Position numbers and translations under genes: made by a program | In this document: in pieces, positions 28,722-39,083 of the stretch | Numbering within the stretch: position 1 is the first letter of the stretch | Layout: every line of letters begins with the position of its first letter | The notes under the pieces: model-generated | Seen by the model: the letters and a program-made list of their open reading frames with translations, nothing else | Told to the model about the DNA's origin: nothing | Database searches by the model: none | Assembly: GCA_031459385.1 (NCBI GenBank) | Contig: JAVKIP010000022.1 | Span: 1 to 47,446 of the forward strand | Reading direction: 5' to 3' | Source of the DNA: Candidatus Fervidifonticultor secundus | GTDB taxonomy: Bacteria; Sysuimicrobiota; Sysuimicrobiia; Sysuimicrobiales; Humicultoraceae | DNA: 47,446 bases

Positions 28722-30605
28722 CTAGTCCCCCTCCGGCACGGTCTCCAGCACCACGGCCGGCGCCCGATCGCCGACGCGCACGAGCCGCGTGCCGTTCACC
28801 AGCAGCTGCCGCACGCCGCCGGTGATATCGGACGTGTAGAACGGCCGGCCGTTGTACTTCAGAATCCGGCGGGTCGGCAGCAGGCACTCCTGCTGGATCA
28901 GGTCGGCGAGCTGGCCGGCGTAGTTCTGCTCCACCACGATGACGTCCTTGCCGCGCTGGAGCAGCGGTCGCACCAGGTGCGTCGGGAACGGCCACAGGTG
29001 GGTGAAGTGCACGACGCACGTCTCCATGCCCTCCGCCCGCAGCCGCGCCTGCGCGTCGAGCAGGGGCAGGCGCGTCGAGCCCCACCCCACCAGCAACGGG
29101 ACGCCGTCGGGCGTGCCGAACACCAGCGGCGGCTTGGCGTCTTCTTTCAGGTACGTCTGCATCTTGCGCATGCGTTTCTCGAACATCGCCTTGCGCTTGG
29201 GCGGGTCGGTGGTGATCATGCCCAGTTCGTCGTGCTCGGAGCCGCTGCTCTTGAAGATCCCGCCGGGCACCCCGGGCACGTTCCGCGGCGAGATGCCGGA
29301 TTCCGTGATCTGGTACCGGCGGTACCCATCCTGACGCAGGTCGGCCTCGCGGAGCAGCCCCCAGCGGGTCACCGGCCGGCGGTGCGTGAGGAAGAACTCC
29401 TCGGGTACGTCCCTGCGCCCGTCGGCCAGCGTCAGGTCGGAGAGGAGGAACACCGGGCACTGGTACTTGTCGGCTAGGTCGAAGGCCTCGAACGCCAGCG
29501 TGTAACACTCCTCCACCGTGCCCGCAGCCAGCACGATCCGCGGGATCTCTCCGTGGCCCGCGAAGACGGCCATGGCCAGGTCGCCCTGCTCGGGCTTGGT
29601 CGGCATGCCCGTGGACGGCCCCGCACGCTGGGTGTCGATGATCACGATGGGTGTCTCGGTCACACCGGCCACGCCGAACTCTTCGACCTTGAGCGAGATC
29701 CCCGGCCCCGAGGAGCCGATGGCGCTGCGCACCCCTGTCAGGGCCGCGCCGATGGCTGCGCGGATCGACTCGCGCTCGTTCTGCCCCTGCAGGGCACGAC
29801 CGCCGTAGCGGGGCAGGTGGGCCTCCATGAACTCCAGGATGGCGGACGCCGGTGTGATCGGGTAGCCGGCGTAGAACCGACACCCCGCCAGGATCGCCCC
29901 CATTCCGAGCGCGTCGTTGCCGTTGAGGAGCAGCGAGCGGCCGCTGGTCGGCTGCGCCACCAGCCGGTAGCCGACGTCGGCCCACCCGTTGGTCCGGAGC
30001 ACCTCTTCGATCACAGCCCGGCCGCGGCGGGCCGCCTCCAGGTTGAGCTCGACGATCTCCCTGCCCTTGCGGCCGAAGCGCTCCTCCAGGTACTGGCGGA
30101 ACAGCGCCAGGTCCATGTCGAACTCCAGCAGGCGCAGCAGGGCGCCGGTCACTACCGTGTTCTTCACAACCTCGCGCTTGAGCTCGCGCAACGCGATCTG
30201 GCGGGCAGGCAGGGGGAAAACCTTCACGCCCCGCCGTTCCAACTCGGCAGTGTCCACCGTGCCCGTGGTGCTGTCGTACAGCAGCACCCCACCGTCGGCG
30301 AGGTTCTTGCCGTGCCGCAGGATCGTGTCGCGGTTGGGCTGGACCGGCGCGTCGGGGTTGGTGTCGAACTCGAGGGCGACGAGGACGTCGGACCGGTCGT
30401 CCCCGTAGGACAGCGGTGGCGTGGCCGACACCACCATCGGGTCGTACTGGTGCGCGCCGTAGATCGTCGAGGCGTACCCCTTCTCCATGGCCAGCACGTG
30501 CAACCCGGCGCGCACGAACATCTTGCCCAGGATATCCGTGACCGTCGTGACGCCGTCGCGCAGCTGCACGCCCCCGACGAGCAGCTTCAGGTTGTTGACC
30601 ACCAC
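28722..30605 (-). CDS. korA: 2-oxoacid:ferredoxin oxidoreductase alpha subunit (gamma-alpha fusion)
   Basis: GNDALGMGA, YAGYPITPAS, SSGPGISL, QRAGPSTGMPT, SEHDELG and VVEQNYAGQL. AGGAG RBS. Confidence 0.92.
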   Translation of the reverse strand: MVVNNLKLLVGGVQLRDGVTTVTDILGKMFVRAGLHVLAMEKGYASTIYGAHQYDPMVVSATPPLSYGDDRSDVLVALEFDTNPDAPVQPNRDTILRHGKNLADGGVLLYDSTTGTVDTAELERRGVKVFPLPARQIALRELKREVVKNTVVTGALLRLLEFDMDLALFRQYLEERFGRKGREIVELNLEAARRGRAVIEEVLRTNGWADVGYRLVAQPTSGRSLLLNGNDALGMGAILAGCRFYAGYPITPASAILEFMEAHLPRYGGRALQGQNERESIRAAIGAALTGVRSAIGSSGPGISLKVEEFGVAGVTETPIVIIDTQRAGPSTGMPTKPEQGDLAMAVFAGHGEIPRIVLAAGTVEECYTLAFEAFDLADKYQCPVFLLSDLTLADGRRDVPEEFFLTHRRPVTRWGLLREADLRQDGYRRYQITESGISPRNVPGVPGGIFKSSGSEHDELGMITTDPPKRKAMFEKRMRKMQTYLKEDAKPPLVFGTPDGVPLLVGWGSTRLPLLDAQARLRAEGMETCVVHFTHLWPFPTHLVRPLLQRGKDVIVVEQNYAGQLADLIQQECLLPTRRILKYNGRPFYTSDITGGVRQLLVNGTRLVRVGDRAPAVVLETVPEGD

Positions 30606-30701
30606 CGCGGCCTCGCTCCTTTGCTGTGGTCTCACCCGTCGTATGAAGACACAACAACCCTCGGCGGGGTACGTCGCGGGACCCCGCGCAGGGCATCGTT
30701 C

Positions 30702-30711
30702 AGTATAACAT
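30702..30711. promoter_or_regulatory. Overlapping divergent -10 elements for korA and the ABC operon
   Basis: Minus strand TGtTATACT (30710-30702); plus strand TAACAT (30706-30711). Confidence 0.5.
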
Positions 30712-30840
30712 AGCGCCCCACCATGAACCACACGGCGGCAGACCGCGCAGCCCGTGGCCGCGGGTAGCGCCGTGCGCGCCCCCGCCTGCCGCCGCGCCGC
30801 AGCAGGGCGGGGCGCGCCGCGCCACGAACCGTCCTCCTGG

Positions 30841-31842
30841 GTGACGACCGACCTCCTCGAACGCTACGAGGACGATCTCTATCTGGTGCGAGGCGCCGCC
30901 GGCTGGATCGCCGTGCTGGCGCCGCTCGGGGCGCTGGCGGCCGCGCCCGTCCTCCTCCCCCGGCTGGGCCTGAGTTACCTGCTCTTCATCCTGGTGCTCA
31001 TGGCCGCGCACGTCATCGTGGCGGTGGGCTTGAACCTGCTGGTGGGATCCGCCGGTCTGATCTCGCTCGGCCACGCCGGCTTCGTGGCCATCGGCGCGTA
31101 CGCGTCGGGCCTGTTGATGACCAGGGCGGGCGCCCCCTGGTACCTGGCGTGGGCGGGCGCGGCGGCCATCAGCGCCCTCTTCGGCTTCCTCGTGGGGTTG
31201 CCGGCGCTGCGCCTGGCGGGCCCCTACCTCACCATCGCCACCCTGGGGTTCGGGATCGCCGTCTACCAGGTCCTCACCAACTGGACCGCGCTCTCGGGAG
31301 GGCGCATGGGCCTCCCCGTGCCCGCGCTGCCCGTCTACGTCGCCGGGCTGTCCGGCATGCAGCACCTCTCCTACTTCGCCGTGGGCGCGGCGGTGCTGCT
31401 GGTGTGGGTGGCGTACAACCTGGCGCGCTCCCACGTGGGCCGGGCGTTCGTGGCCCTGCGCGACAGCGACATCGCCGCCGAGGTGATCGGCATCAACCTC
31501 ACCAGGTACAAGACCCTGGCGTTCGCCCTGTCAGCCGCCTACGCGGGCGTCGCCGGCGCCATCCTGGCCCAGGCCCTGCGCCACCTGGAGCCGCAGGCGT
31601 TCACGTTCCTGGAGTCCATCACGTACCTTGCCATGATCGTGATCGGCGGGCTCGGCACCGTCTCCGGCGCCATCGTCGGCGCGGTGCTGCTGACGCTGCT
31701 GCCGCACTACCTCTCGGACCTCAAGCAGTGGCTGCCCGTGGTGTACGGCGGGCTGATCATGCTCATGATGGGCCTAGAGCCGCTGGGCCTCTACGGCCGC
31801 TGGGTCCGGATCCGGCGGTACGTCAAGGCATGGCCGCTGTGA
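30841..31842 (+). CDS. livM: LIV-type ABC permease (LivM-like); start uncertain
   Basis: GLNLLVGSAGLISLGHAGF, PALRLAGPYLTIATLGF, GRAFVALRDS and MIVIGGLG. Confidence 0.88.
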   Translation: MTTDLLERYEDDLYLVRGAAGWIAVLAPLGALAAAPVLLPRLGLSYLLFILVLMAAHVIVAVGLNLLVGSAGLISLGHAGFVAIGAYASGLLMTRAGAPWYLAWAGAAAISALFGFLVGLPALRLAGPYLTIATLGFGIAVYQVLTNWTALSGGRMGLPVPALPVYVAGLSGMQHLSYFAVGAAVLLVWVAYNLARSHVGRAFVALRDSDIAAEVIGINLTRYKTLAFALSAAYAGVAGAILAQALRHLEPQAFTFLESITYLAMIVIGGLGTVSGAIVGAVLLTLLPHYLSDLKQWLPVVYGGLIMLMMGLEPLGLYGRWVRIRRYVKAWPL

Positions 31843-32768
31843 GCAGCGCGCTCCTCGTCCCGCCGGCTGCGGCGCCATCGCTGGCCGGCGTGCTCGGCCC
31901 TGCGGCGCAGTACGCCGCCAGCGGCCTGGCCACCGGCAGTTTGTACGCCCTGGTGGCGCTTGGCGTCGTCCTGCTCTACCGCGCCTCCCGTATCCTGAAC
32001 TTCGCGCACGGCGACCTGGCCACGTTCACCACCTTCGTGGCCTTCACGCTGCTGGGCCGTGGCGCGCCCTTCGGCACGGCCGTCGGGCTCAGCCTGGCGG
32101 CGGCCGCGGCCATGGGCGCGGGGTTCTACCTCGCCGCTATCCGACCCGTGAAGGAGGGCACCCTCCTGGGCCAGATCGTGATGACCCTGGGACTGGCCCT
32201 GGTCCTCTCGGGGACCATGCAGGTTCTCTGGGGCGCCGACACCCAGGTCTTTCCCTTCCCTCTCTCCGAGACCCGGATCTACCGTCTCGGCAGCCTGGTC
32301 ATCAGCGAGGTCAGTCTGGGCACCATCGCAGCGGGCGTCGTGCTCATGGCCGTGCTCTACGGACTCGTCCAGCGCACGCGGATGGGGCTGGCCATGCGCG
32401 CCGTGGCGCAGCATCCGGCGGCGGCCCAGGCGCTGGGCATCCCGACGCGGCGCATCTACGCGGCCACCTGGGCGCTGGCCTCCGCCCTGGGCGGCGCCGC
32501 CGGCATCCTGCTGGCACCGGTGGTCTACCTCGACCCGTTCATGATGCTCGACCCCTTCCTGAAGGGATTTGCGGCCGCGGTGCTGGGCGGTATGGATAGC
32601 CTGCCGGGGGCTGTCCTTGGGGGATTCCTCCTCGGTGTTGCCGAAGCTCTGTTCGCGGGGTTCGTCTCCCTGCAGTTCAAGACGACCCTGGCGTTCGTCA
32701 TCATCATCCTGGTCCTGCTGGTGCGCCCCGAGGGCATCCTGGGGCGTGAATACCACCGGCGGGTGTAG
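31839..32768 (+). CDS. livH: LIV-type ABC permease (LivH-like)
   Basis: GSLYALVALG, ILNFAHG, GLAMRAVA, AAVLGGMDSLPG and LLVRPEGILG. GTGA overlap with the upstream gene. Confidence 0.9.
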   Translation: MSSALLVPPAAAPSLAGVLGPAAQYAASGLATGSLYALVALGVVLLYRASRILNFAHGDLATFTTFVAFTLLGRGAPFGTAVGLSLAAAAAMGAGFYLAAIRPVKEGTLLGQIVMTLGLALVLSGTMQVLWGADTQVFPFPLSETRIYRLGSLVISEVSLGTIAAGVVLMAVLYGLVQRTRMGLAMRAVAQHPAAAQALGIPTRRIYAATWALASALGGAAGILLAPVVYLDPFMMLDPFLKGFAAAVLGGMDSLPGAVLGGFLLGVAEALFAGFVSLQFKTTLAFVIIILVLLVRPEGILGREYHRRV

Positions 32769-32805
32769 CCCGCACGGAATGCCTGTGGGGAGGAGGACAC
32801 TGCCC

Positions 32806-33993
32806 ATGAACACCAGGACACAGGCGCTGGTGCTGCTGACCGCGATGGTCGCGGTCCTGGCCGCGACCGCCACCGGCCAGGACCGCGGCGTCAGCGCCAC
32901 CGAGGTCGTCCTCGGCACGTCCATGCCCACCTCGGGGCCGGCGGCCTTCTGGGGGCTGGGAGTCGGCGGCGGCATCGACGCCTGGCTCCGGCACGTCAAC
33001 GATCAGGGCGGCATCCACGGCCGCAGGTTCCGGCTCATCATCAAGGACGACGGCTACCTGCCGCCCCGGGCCGTGGCCAACGTGCGCGAGCTCGTGGAGC
33101 GCGACGGGGTCTTCGCCCTGGTCTCGCAGATCGGCACCGCCAACTGCTTTGCGGTGCGCGACTTCGTGGTCGAGGCCAGGGTGCTGTGGATCACGCCCGC
33201 CTGCGGGGCCGACATCTGGGCCGGCATGCGCGACCGCAACCGCTACCTCTTCGTCACCTACCCCGGCTACGTCGACGAGGGGATCTTCCTGACCCGGTAC
33301 GGTGTGGAGAAGCTCAACGCGAAGACCATCGCGGTCTTCTACCAGAACGATCTCTACGGGCAGCAGGGGCTGCTCGGCGTCAAGCGGGGCGTGGCGCAGG
33401 TGAAGGGCGCCAGGCTCGTCGCCCAGGTGTCCTACGAGGTCACCGACGCCGAGGTGGCGACGCAGGCGCTGAAATTGAGGGAATCCGGTGCCGACACCCT
33501 GATCCTCTACGCGACCCCGCGCCACGGCGCGCTCATCGTCCGCGAGATCACCAAGCTGGGCTACAGGCCCACGCTGCTGTCCACGTTCACCCTGCTCGAC
33601 CCCATCATGTTCCAGCTGGCTGGCGACGCCTGGGAGGGCGTCCACCTGGCGACCTACATCCCCGTGCCCGGCACCGATCCCAAGGTGGACGCCGTGCTGG
33701 CCACGATCACGCGCATCAACCCGGCCCTGGCACGCAACCCGTTCAACGCCATCGCCGGCGTCTCGTTCGTGGAAGCGTTCCTGGAAGGCGTCCGGCGGGC
33801 CGGCCCCACGCTGACCAGGGACCGCGTCGTCGAGGCGATGGAGACGATCCGGAACTGGGACGGCGAAGTGATCCGGGGAGTCACGTTCTCCAGGGACAAC
33901 CGGCAGGGTATCAACCGGCTCCACATGGTGCGCGCGGAGCGCGGCCGGTACGTCAAGCTCACCGACTGGTACACGTATCCCAAGAAGTTCTAG
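32806..33993 (+). CDS. LIV-type ABC substrate-binding protein (Peripla_BP_6)
   Basis: Signal peptide, GTSMPTSGPAA, VNDQGGIHGR and DDGYLP. AGGAGG RBS. Confidence 0.9.
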   Translation: MNTRTQALVLLTAMVAVLAATATGQDRGVSATEVVLGTSMPTSGPAAFWGLGVGGGIDAWLRHVNDQGGIHGRRFRLIIKDDGYLPPRAVANVRELVERDGVFALVSQIGTANCFAVRDFVVEARVLWITPACGADIWAGMRDRNRYLFVTYPGYVDEGIFLTRYGVEKLNAKTIAVFYQNDLYGQQGLLGVKRGVAQVKGARLVAQVSYEVTDAEVATQALKLRESGADTLILYATPRHGALIVREITKLGYRPTLLSTFTLLDPIMFQLAGDAWEGVHLATYIPVPGTDPKVDAVLATITRINPALARNPFNAIAGVSFVEAFLEGVRRAGPTLTRDRVVEAMETIRNWDGEVIRGVTFSRDNRQGINRLHMVRAERGRYVKLTDWYTYPKKF

Positions 33994-33999
33994 CGCGCG

Positions 34000-34029
34000 G
34001 GGGACCGGGGCATCCCGGCCCCGGTCCCC
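34000..34029 (+). terminator. Intercistronic 12-bp hairpin after the substrate-binding protein gene
   Basis: GGGGACCGGGGC-ATCCCG-GCCCCGGTCCCC, in the usual position of an mRNA-stabilising or attenuating stem. Confidence 0.55.
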
Positions 34030-34062
34030 GTCGGCGAGGCCATCCGCAACGCCCATGCGTCC

Positions 34063-34844
<782 letters not shown>

Positions 34845-34848
<4 letters not shown>

Positions 34849-35630
34849 CCGAGGGCGCCGTGCTGCTGCGCGTCAGCAACGTCGAGACGGCCTACTACGG
34901 CCGCCTGACCGTGCTGCGCGGCGTGTCCCTGGAGGTGCGGGCGGGCCAGGTGGTGACCATCCTGGGCTCCAACGGGGCAGGGAAGACCACCCTGCTGCGG
35001 ACGATCATGGGCTTCATCGCCGACCAGCCCGAGAAGGGCACCGTGGAACTCCTGGGACACCAGGTGAACGGCTGGGAGCCCGAAGCGATCGCCGCCCTGG
35101 GGGTGGCCTACATCCCCGAGGGCCGCGGCATCTTCCCGGAGCTGACCGTGGAAGAGAATCTGCGGCTGGGCGCCTACACCCGCCGCGACCGCAGCATCGC
35201 CGCCGACCTGGCGGCTCTGGAGGCGCGGTTCCCGATCCTGGCGCAGCGCCGCCGCCAGCTGGCCGGCACGCTGTCGGGCGGCGAGCAGCAGATGCTGGCC
35301 CTCGCCCGCGCCCTGGCCTCCCGCCCGAAGCTCCTGCTCCTGGACGAGCCGTCGCTGGGCCTGGCCCCGCGGGTGGTCGTCGAGGTCTTCCGCATCCTCC
35401 GCGAGGTCCACGCTGCCGGCGTGGCCATCCTGCTGGTCGAGCAGAACGCGAGGCAGGCCCTGGCCGTGGCCGACTACGCCTACGTCATCGAGAGCGGTCG
35501 CATCGTGCTGGAGGGCTCCAGCGCCCGCCTCCAGCGCGATCCCAACGTACAGGAACTCTACCTGGGGGTCGTGCAGGAGGCGTCGGTCAAGGGCTTCCGC
35601 CGCTACAGGATCCGGCGGCGGTGGGCATGA
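34845..35630 (+). CDS. livF: ABC ATPase (LivF-like)
   Basis: GSNGAGKTT, LSGGEQQM, LDEPSLGLAP and VEQN, with a basic tail RRYRIRRRWA. Confidence 0.92.
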
Positions 35631-35706
35631 GCCGAGGCCCCGCCCCCTGACGGCGACACCCTGGCCCCCAAGACCGCCACCCCCGGCGCCTGCGGCGCGC
35701 GACCCG

Positions 35707-37536
35707 TCACTCGCGGTACAGCTCCGCGACCACGTCTGCGTACTTTTCCATGATCGCCTTCCGCTTGACCTTCAGCGTCGGGGTCACCTCGCCGTCTTCG
35801 GCGTAGAGGCGCCTGGGGAGGAGCGCGAACTTCTTGACCTGTTCCGGCGAGGAGAGCGTGTGGTTGACCGCGGCCACTTCGGCCTTGATCAAGTCGTAGA
35901 CCTCCGGCCGCGCCGCCAGGTCGGCGTAGGTCGTGAAGGGCACGCGCCGGTCCTGCGCCCACCGGGTCACGTTCTCCTCGTCGATGACGACCAGCGCCAC
36001 GCAGTAGCGCCGTCGGTCGCCGATCACCACGGCGTCGTTGATGTACGGACTGGCCTTGAGTTTGTTCTCGATGTACTGGGGCGCGATGTTCTTGCCGCCC
36101 GCGGTGATGAACAGGTCCTTCTTCCGGTCGGTGATGCGCAGGAAGCCGTCGGCGTCCAGCTCGCCGATGTCGCCCGAGTGCAGCCAGCCATCGGCAAGCG
36201 CCGCCGCGGTCGCCTCGGGATCGCGGAAGTAGCCCGCGAAGACATTGGGCCCCCGCACCAGGATCTCGCCGTCGGGCGCGATCCGGACCTCGACGCCGGG
36301 CAGCGGCCTGCCCACCGTGCCCAGCCGGATGTCGTCGCCCTGCATCAGGGTGGTCGGCCCGCAGTCCTCCGTCTGCCCGTAGATCTCCCGCACCGGCACG
36401 CCGAGGGTCCAGAAGTACTCCACCAGCTCCGGCGCGATGGGGGCTCCGGCCGAGTACGCCAGCCGGATCCGGTGCAGCCCCAGCCGCCGCCGCAGCGGCA
36501 GCAGCACCAGCCGGTCGGCGACAGCCGCGGCTATCTTGAGCCCGACCGGCACCGGACGGCGCGCCAGGCGGCGCCGCACCGCCGCGCCGGATGCAGCCCG
36601 CGCCGCGTGGTAGGCCCAGCGCTTGAGCAGGTCGTTCTCCTGCATGCGGAGACAGATGCCCGAGTACAGCTTCTCCCACACGCGGGGCACGCCGAAGAAA
36701 ACCGTGGGCGCGACCTCCACCAGGTTCTCCAGCACCGTGTCGGTGTGCTCGACGAAGTTCACCGTGTACCCCCACCGCGCCGGCAGGAACACCGAGAAGT
36801 GCCGCTCGGCGATGTGCGCCAGCGGCAGGTAGGAGAGCACCTCGTCGTGCTCGGAGAGCGGGTTGGCGGCGTCGATGGCCGCGGTGGTCCACGTGATGTT
36901 CCGGTGCGTGAGCATGACGCCCTTGGGCGGACCGGTGGTGCCCGACGTGTACATCAGCACCGCGACGTCGTCGGGCGCGATCTGTGCCAGGCGCTCGTCG
37001 ACGGCGGTGGGGAAGCGACGCGCGTGGTCGGCGCCCAGGGCCCGAAACTGGTCCCACATGGTGACCTGGGGGTCATGGAAGGTCCGCAGGCCCTCGGGGT
37101 CCATGACGACGATGTGCTCGAGCAGGGGCAGCCGGCCGCGGATCTCCAGGGCCTTGTCGAGCTGTTCCTCGCCCTCGACGACGAACACCCGGCAGCCGGC
37201 GTGCTCCAGGATGTAGTGCACCTGTTCGGGGCTGCTGGTGGTGTAGATGCCCGTGGTGATGGCGCCGATGCTCTGAATGCCCAGGTCGGCGAAGAGCCAT
37301 TCGGGCCGGTTCTCGCCGATGACGCCCACGCGCTCGCCGCGCTGCACCCCCAGGGCGAGCAGCGCGTGGGCCACCACGCGCACCTGCGCGGCGTAGTCGT
37401 CCCAGGTGGTACGCTGCCAGAGGCCGTAGCGCTTGCGCCGCAACGCCACATGCGGGCCGCGTCGGGCCGCCTGCGCGAAGAACAGCCCCGGGACCGTCTC
37501 GAGGGAGGTCGCCGGACGCGGTGCCGTCAGTACCAT
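35707..37536 (-). CDS. AMP-dependent long-chain acyl-CoA synthetase (FAA1/FadD15-like)
   Basis: YTSGTTGPPKG, LSYLPLAHIAE, YGQTE, ITAGGKNIAP and TPTLKVKR. Confidence 0.92.
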   Translation of the reverse strand: MVLTAPRPATSLETVPGLFFAQAARRGPHVALRRKRYGLWQRTTWDDYAAQVRVVAHALLALGVQRGERVGVIGENRPEWLFADLGIQSIGAITTGIYTTSSPEQVHYILEHAGCRVFVVEGEEQLDKALEIRGRLPLLEHIVVMDPEGLRTFHDPQVTMWDQFRALGADHARRFPTAVDERLAQIAPDDVAVLMYTSGTTGPPKGVMLTHRNITWTTAAIDAANPLSEHDEVLSYLPLAHIAERHFSVFLPARWGYTVNFVEHTDTVLENLVEVAPTVFFGVPRVWEKLYSGICLRMQENDLLKRWAYHAARAASGAAVRRRLARRPVPVGLKIAAAVADRLVLLPLRRRLGLHRIRLAYSAGAPIAPELVEYFWTLGVPVREIYGQTEDCGPTTLMQGDDIRLGTVGRPLPGVEVRIAPDGEILVRGPNVFAGYFRDPEATAAALADGWLHSGDIGELDADGFLRITDRKKDLFITAGGKNIAPQYIENKLKASPYINDAVVIGDRRRYCVALVVIDEENVTRWAQDRRVPFTTYADLAARPEVYDLIKAEVAAVNHTLSSPEQVKKFALLPRRLYAEDGEVTPTLKVKRKAIMEKYADVVAELYRE

Positions 37537-37768
37537 CACGCGCCTGCGGCCGCCCGATGATGAGCCAGGGGCGGACCGCGCCTTCATCTTCCCGCGGGCA
37601 CCGGGCACCTCCTGCCGGTGCCTGAAGCGAGGGAGGAGCAGGCGGCCGGCCCCCAGGCGGCGGGGCAGCGTCATGCGACGGCGCCCTGCCGGCAGGGCGC
37701 GGTGGCGGGCGACCGGAATAGTCGAGGCGGTCGGTCATCTCGCATGGCACAGCAACCGGGAGGCGCAT

Positions 37769-38284
37769 ATGGCATCCCGCAACCGCACGCACCCCGCAGG
37801 CCGTTCCCGCACGAGCGCGGCTCTCGCCGCCTTCGCCCGCGACACCGCCGGCCGCGGGAACTGGGGCCACCGCGGGCTGGCGTGGGTCACGAAGGCGGTC
37901 ACTGCGGCGGAGGCTTCCTGGTGCCCGACGCCCGGAGCGCCCTCGATCTGGGAGGAAGTACAGCACATCGAGCACTGGTCGCGGGTCGTGCTCGACCACC
38001 TCAGAGGCCGCGGCCGGCCGGCCGAGCAGGCGTGGCCGCCCGGTGCAGGCGGCGAGCGGGCCTGGCGGGCGGCGCGGCGGAGGGCCGCGCGTCTGCACGG
38101 GGCACTGGTGCGCGAGATCCAGCGGACCAGCGGCGCTGCCTGGCGGCGGCGCGCCGGGCCCACCCCGTATGCCACCGACCAGCTCGTGCTGGGGTGCATC
38201 GCGCACATCGCCTTCCACGCGGGCCAGATCGCGCTCCTGCGGAGGCTGCACCGCCATGCCCGGCATTCTGGAACGGCTGTTTGA
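37769..38284 (+). CDS. DinB/YfiT superfamily protein
   Basis: SIWEEVQH...HIAFHAGQIALL His triad. GGGAGG RBS. Confidence 0.82.
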   Translation: MASRNRTHPAGRSRTSAALAAFARDTAGRGNWGHRGLAWVTKAVTAAEASWCPTPGAPSIWEEVQHIEHWSRVVLDHLRGRGRPAEQAWPPGAGGERAWRAARRRAARLHGALVREIQRTSGAAWRRRAGPTPYATDQLVLGCIAHIAFHAGQIALLRRLHRHARHSGTAV

Positions 38285-39035
38285 CCTGCGCGGCCACGCC
38301 GCGCTGGTCACCGGCGGTTCGCGCGGCATCGGCTTCGAGCTGGCGAAGGCGCTGGGCGAGGCCGGCGCGCGGGTCGCGATCGTGGCGCGCCGCGTCGAGT
38401 GGCTCCACCCCGCCGAGCAGGCGCTACGCGCGGCCGGTCTGACCTGTGCAGGCTTCGCCGCCGACGTGGCCGACCCCGAGCAGGTCGCCCGCGCGGTGGA
38501 CGGCGCGCAGGAGGCGATAGGCAACCTGACGATCCTGGTGAACGCCGCTGGCCGCACGTGGGGCGCGCCGGCCGAAGAGATGCCCGTGGCACGCTGGCGC
38601 GAGGTAATGGAGGCCAACGCCACGGGCACGTTCCTGATGAGCCAGGCGGTCGGGCGCGGCATGATCGTTCGCCGCTACGGCCGGATCCTGAATGTGGCCT
38701 CCGTGGCCGGCCTCCAGGCGTCAGCGCCGGAGATCGCCACGATCTCCGGGTACGCCGCCAGCAAGGGCGCCGTCATCGCCTACACCCGCCAGCTGGCCGT
38801 GGAGTGGGCGAAGTACGGCATCACCGTCAATGCCCTGGCGCCGGGGTTCGTGCACACGCGCATGGCCGACGTCGTAATCACCCGGGCCGGCCAGCGGCTG
38901 GTCGAGCGCATCCCGGTCGGGCGCATCGGCGAGACGGCCGACCTGCTGGGCATCGCGCTGGCCCTGGTCGCGCCGTCGGCGGGCTACATCACCGGCCAAG
39001 TGGTCGTCGTGGACGGCGGCATGACCGCGGTCTGA
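38256..39035 (+). CDS. Short-chain dehydrogenase (gluconate 5-dehydrogenase-like)
   Basis: TGGSRGIG, LVNAAG, NVAS, YAASKG and VNALAPG. Confidence 0.92.
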   Translation: MPGILERLFDLRGHAALVTGGSRGIGFELAKALGEAGARVAIVARRVEWLHPAEQALRAAGLTCAGFAADVADPEQVARAVDGAQEAIGNLTILVNAAGRTWGAPAEEMPVARWREVMEANATGTFLMSQAVGRGMIVRRYGRILNVASVAGLQASAPEIATISGYAASKGAVIAYTRQLAVEWAKYGITVNALAPGFVHTRMADVVITRAGQRLVERIPVGRIGETADLLGIALALVAPSAGYITGQVVVVDGGMTAV

Positions 39036-39083
39036 GGCCTGGGGCGAGGAGCACCGTCGCCCCCACGAGCGCCGCCGGCGCGG

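Noticed and set aside
27853..30696. 947-aa ORF as a korA-korB fusion
   Set aside because: The upstream part is an out-of-frame shadow of korA. The real korB starts at 28719, just after the korA stop.
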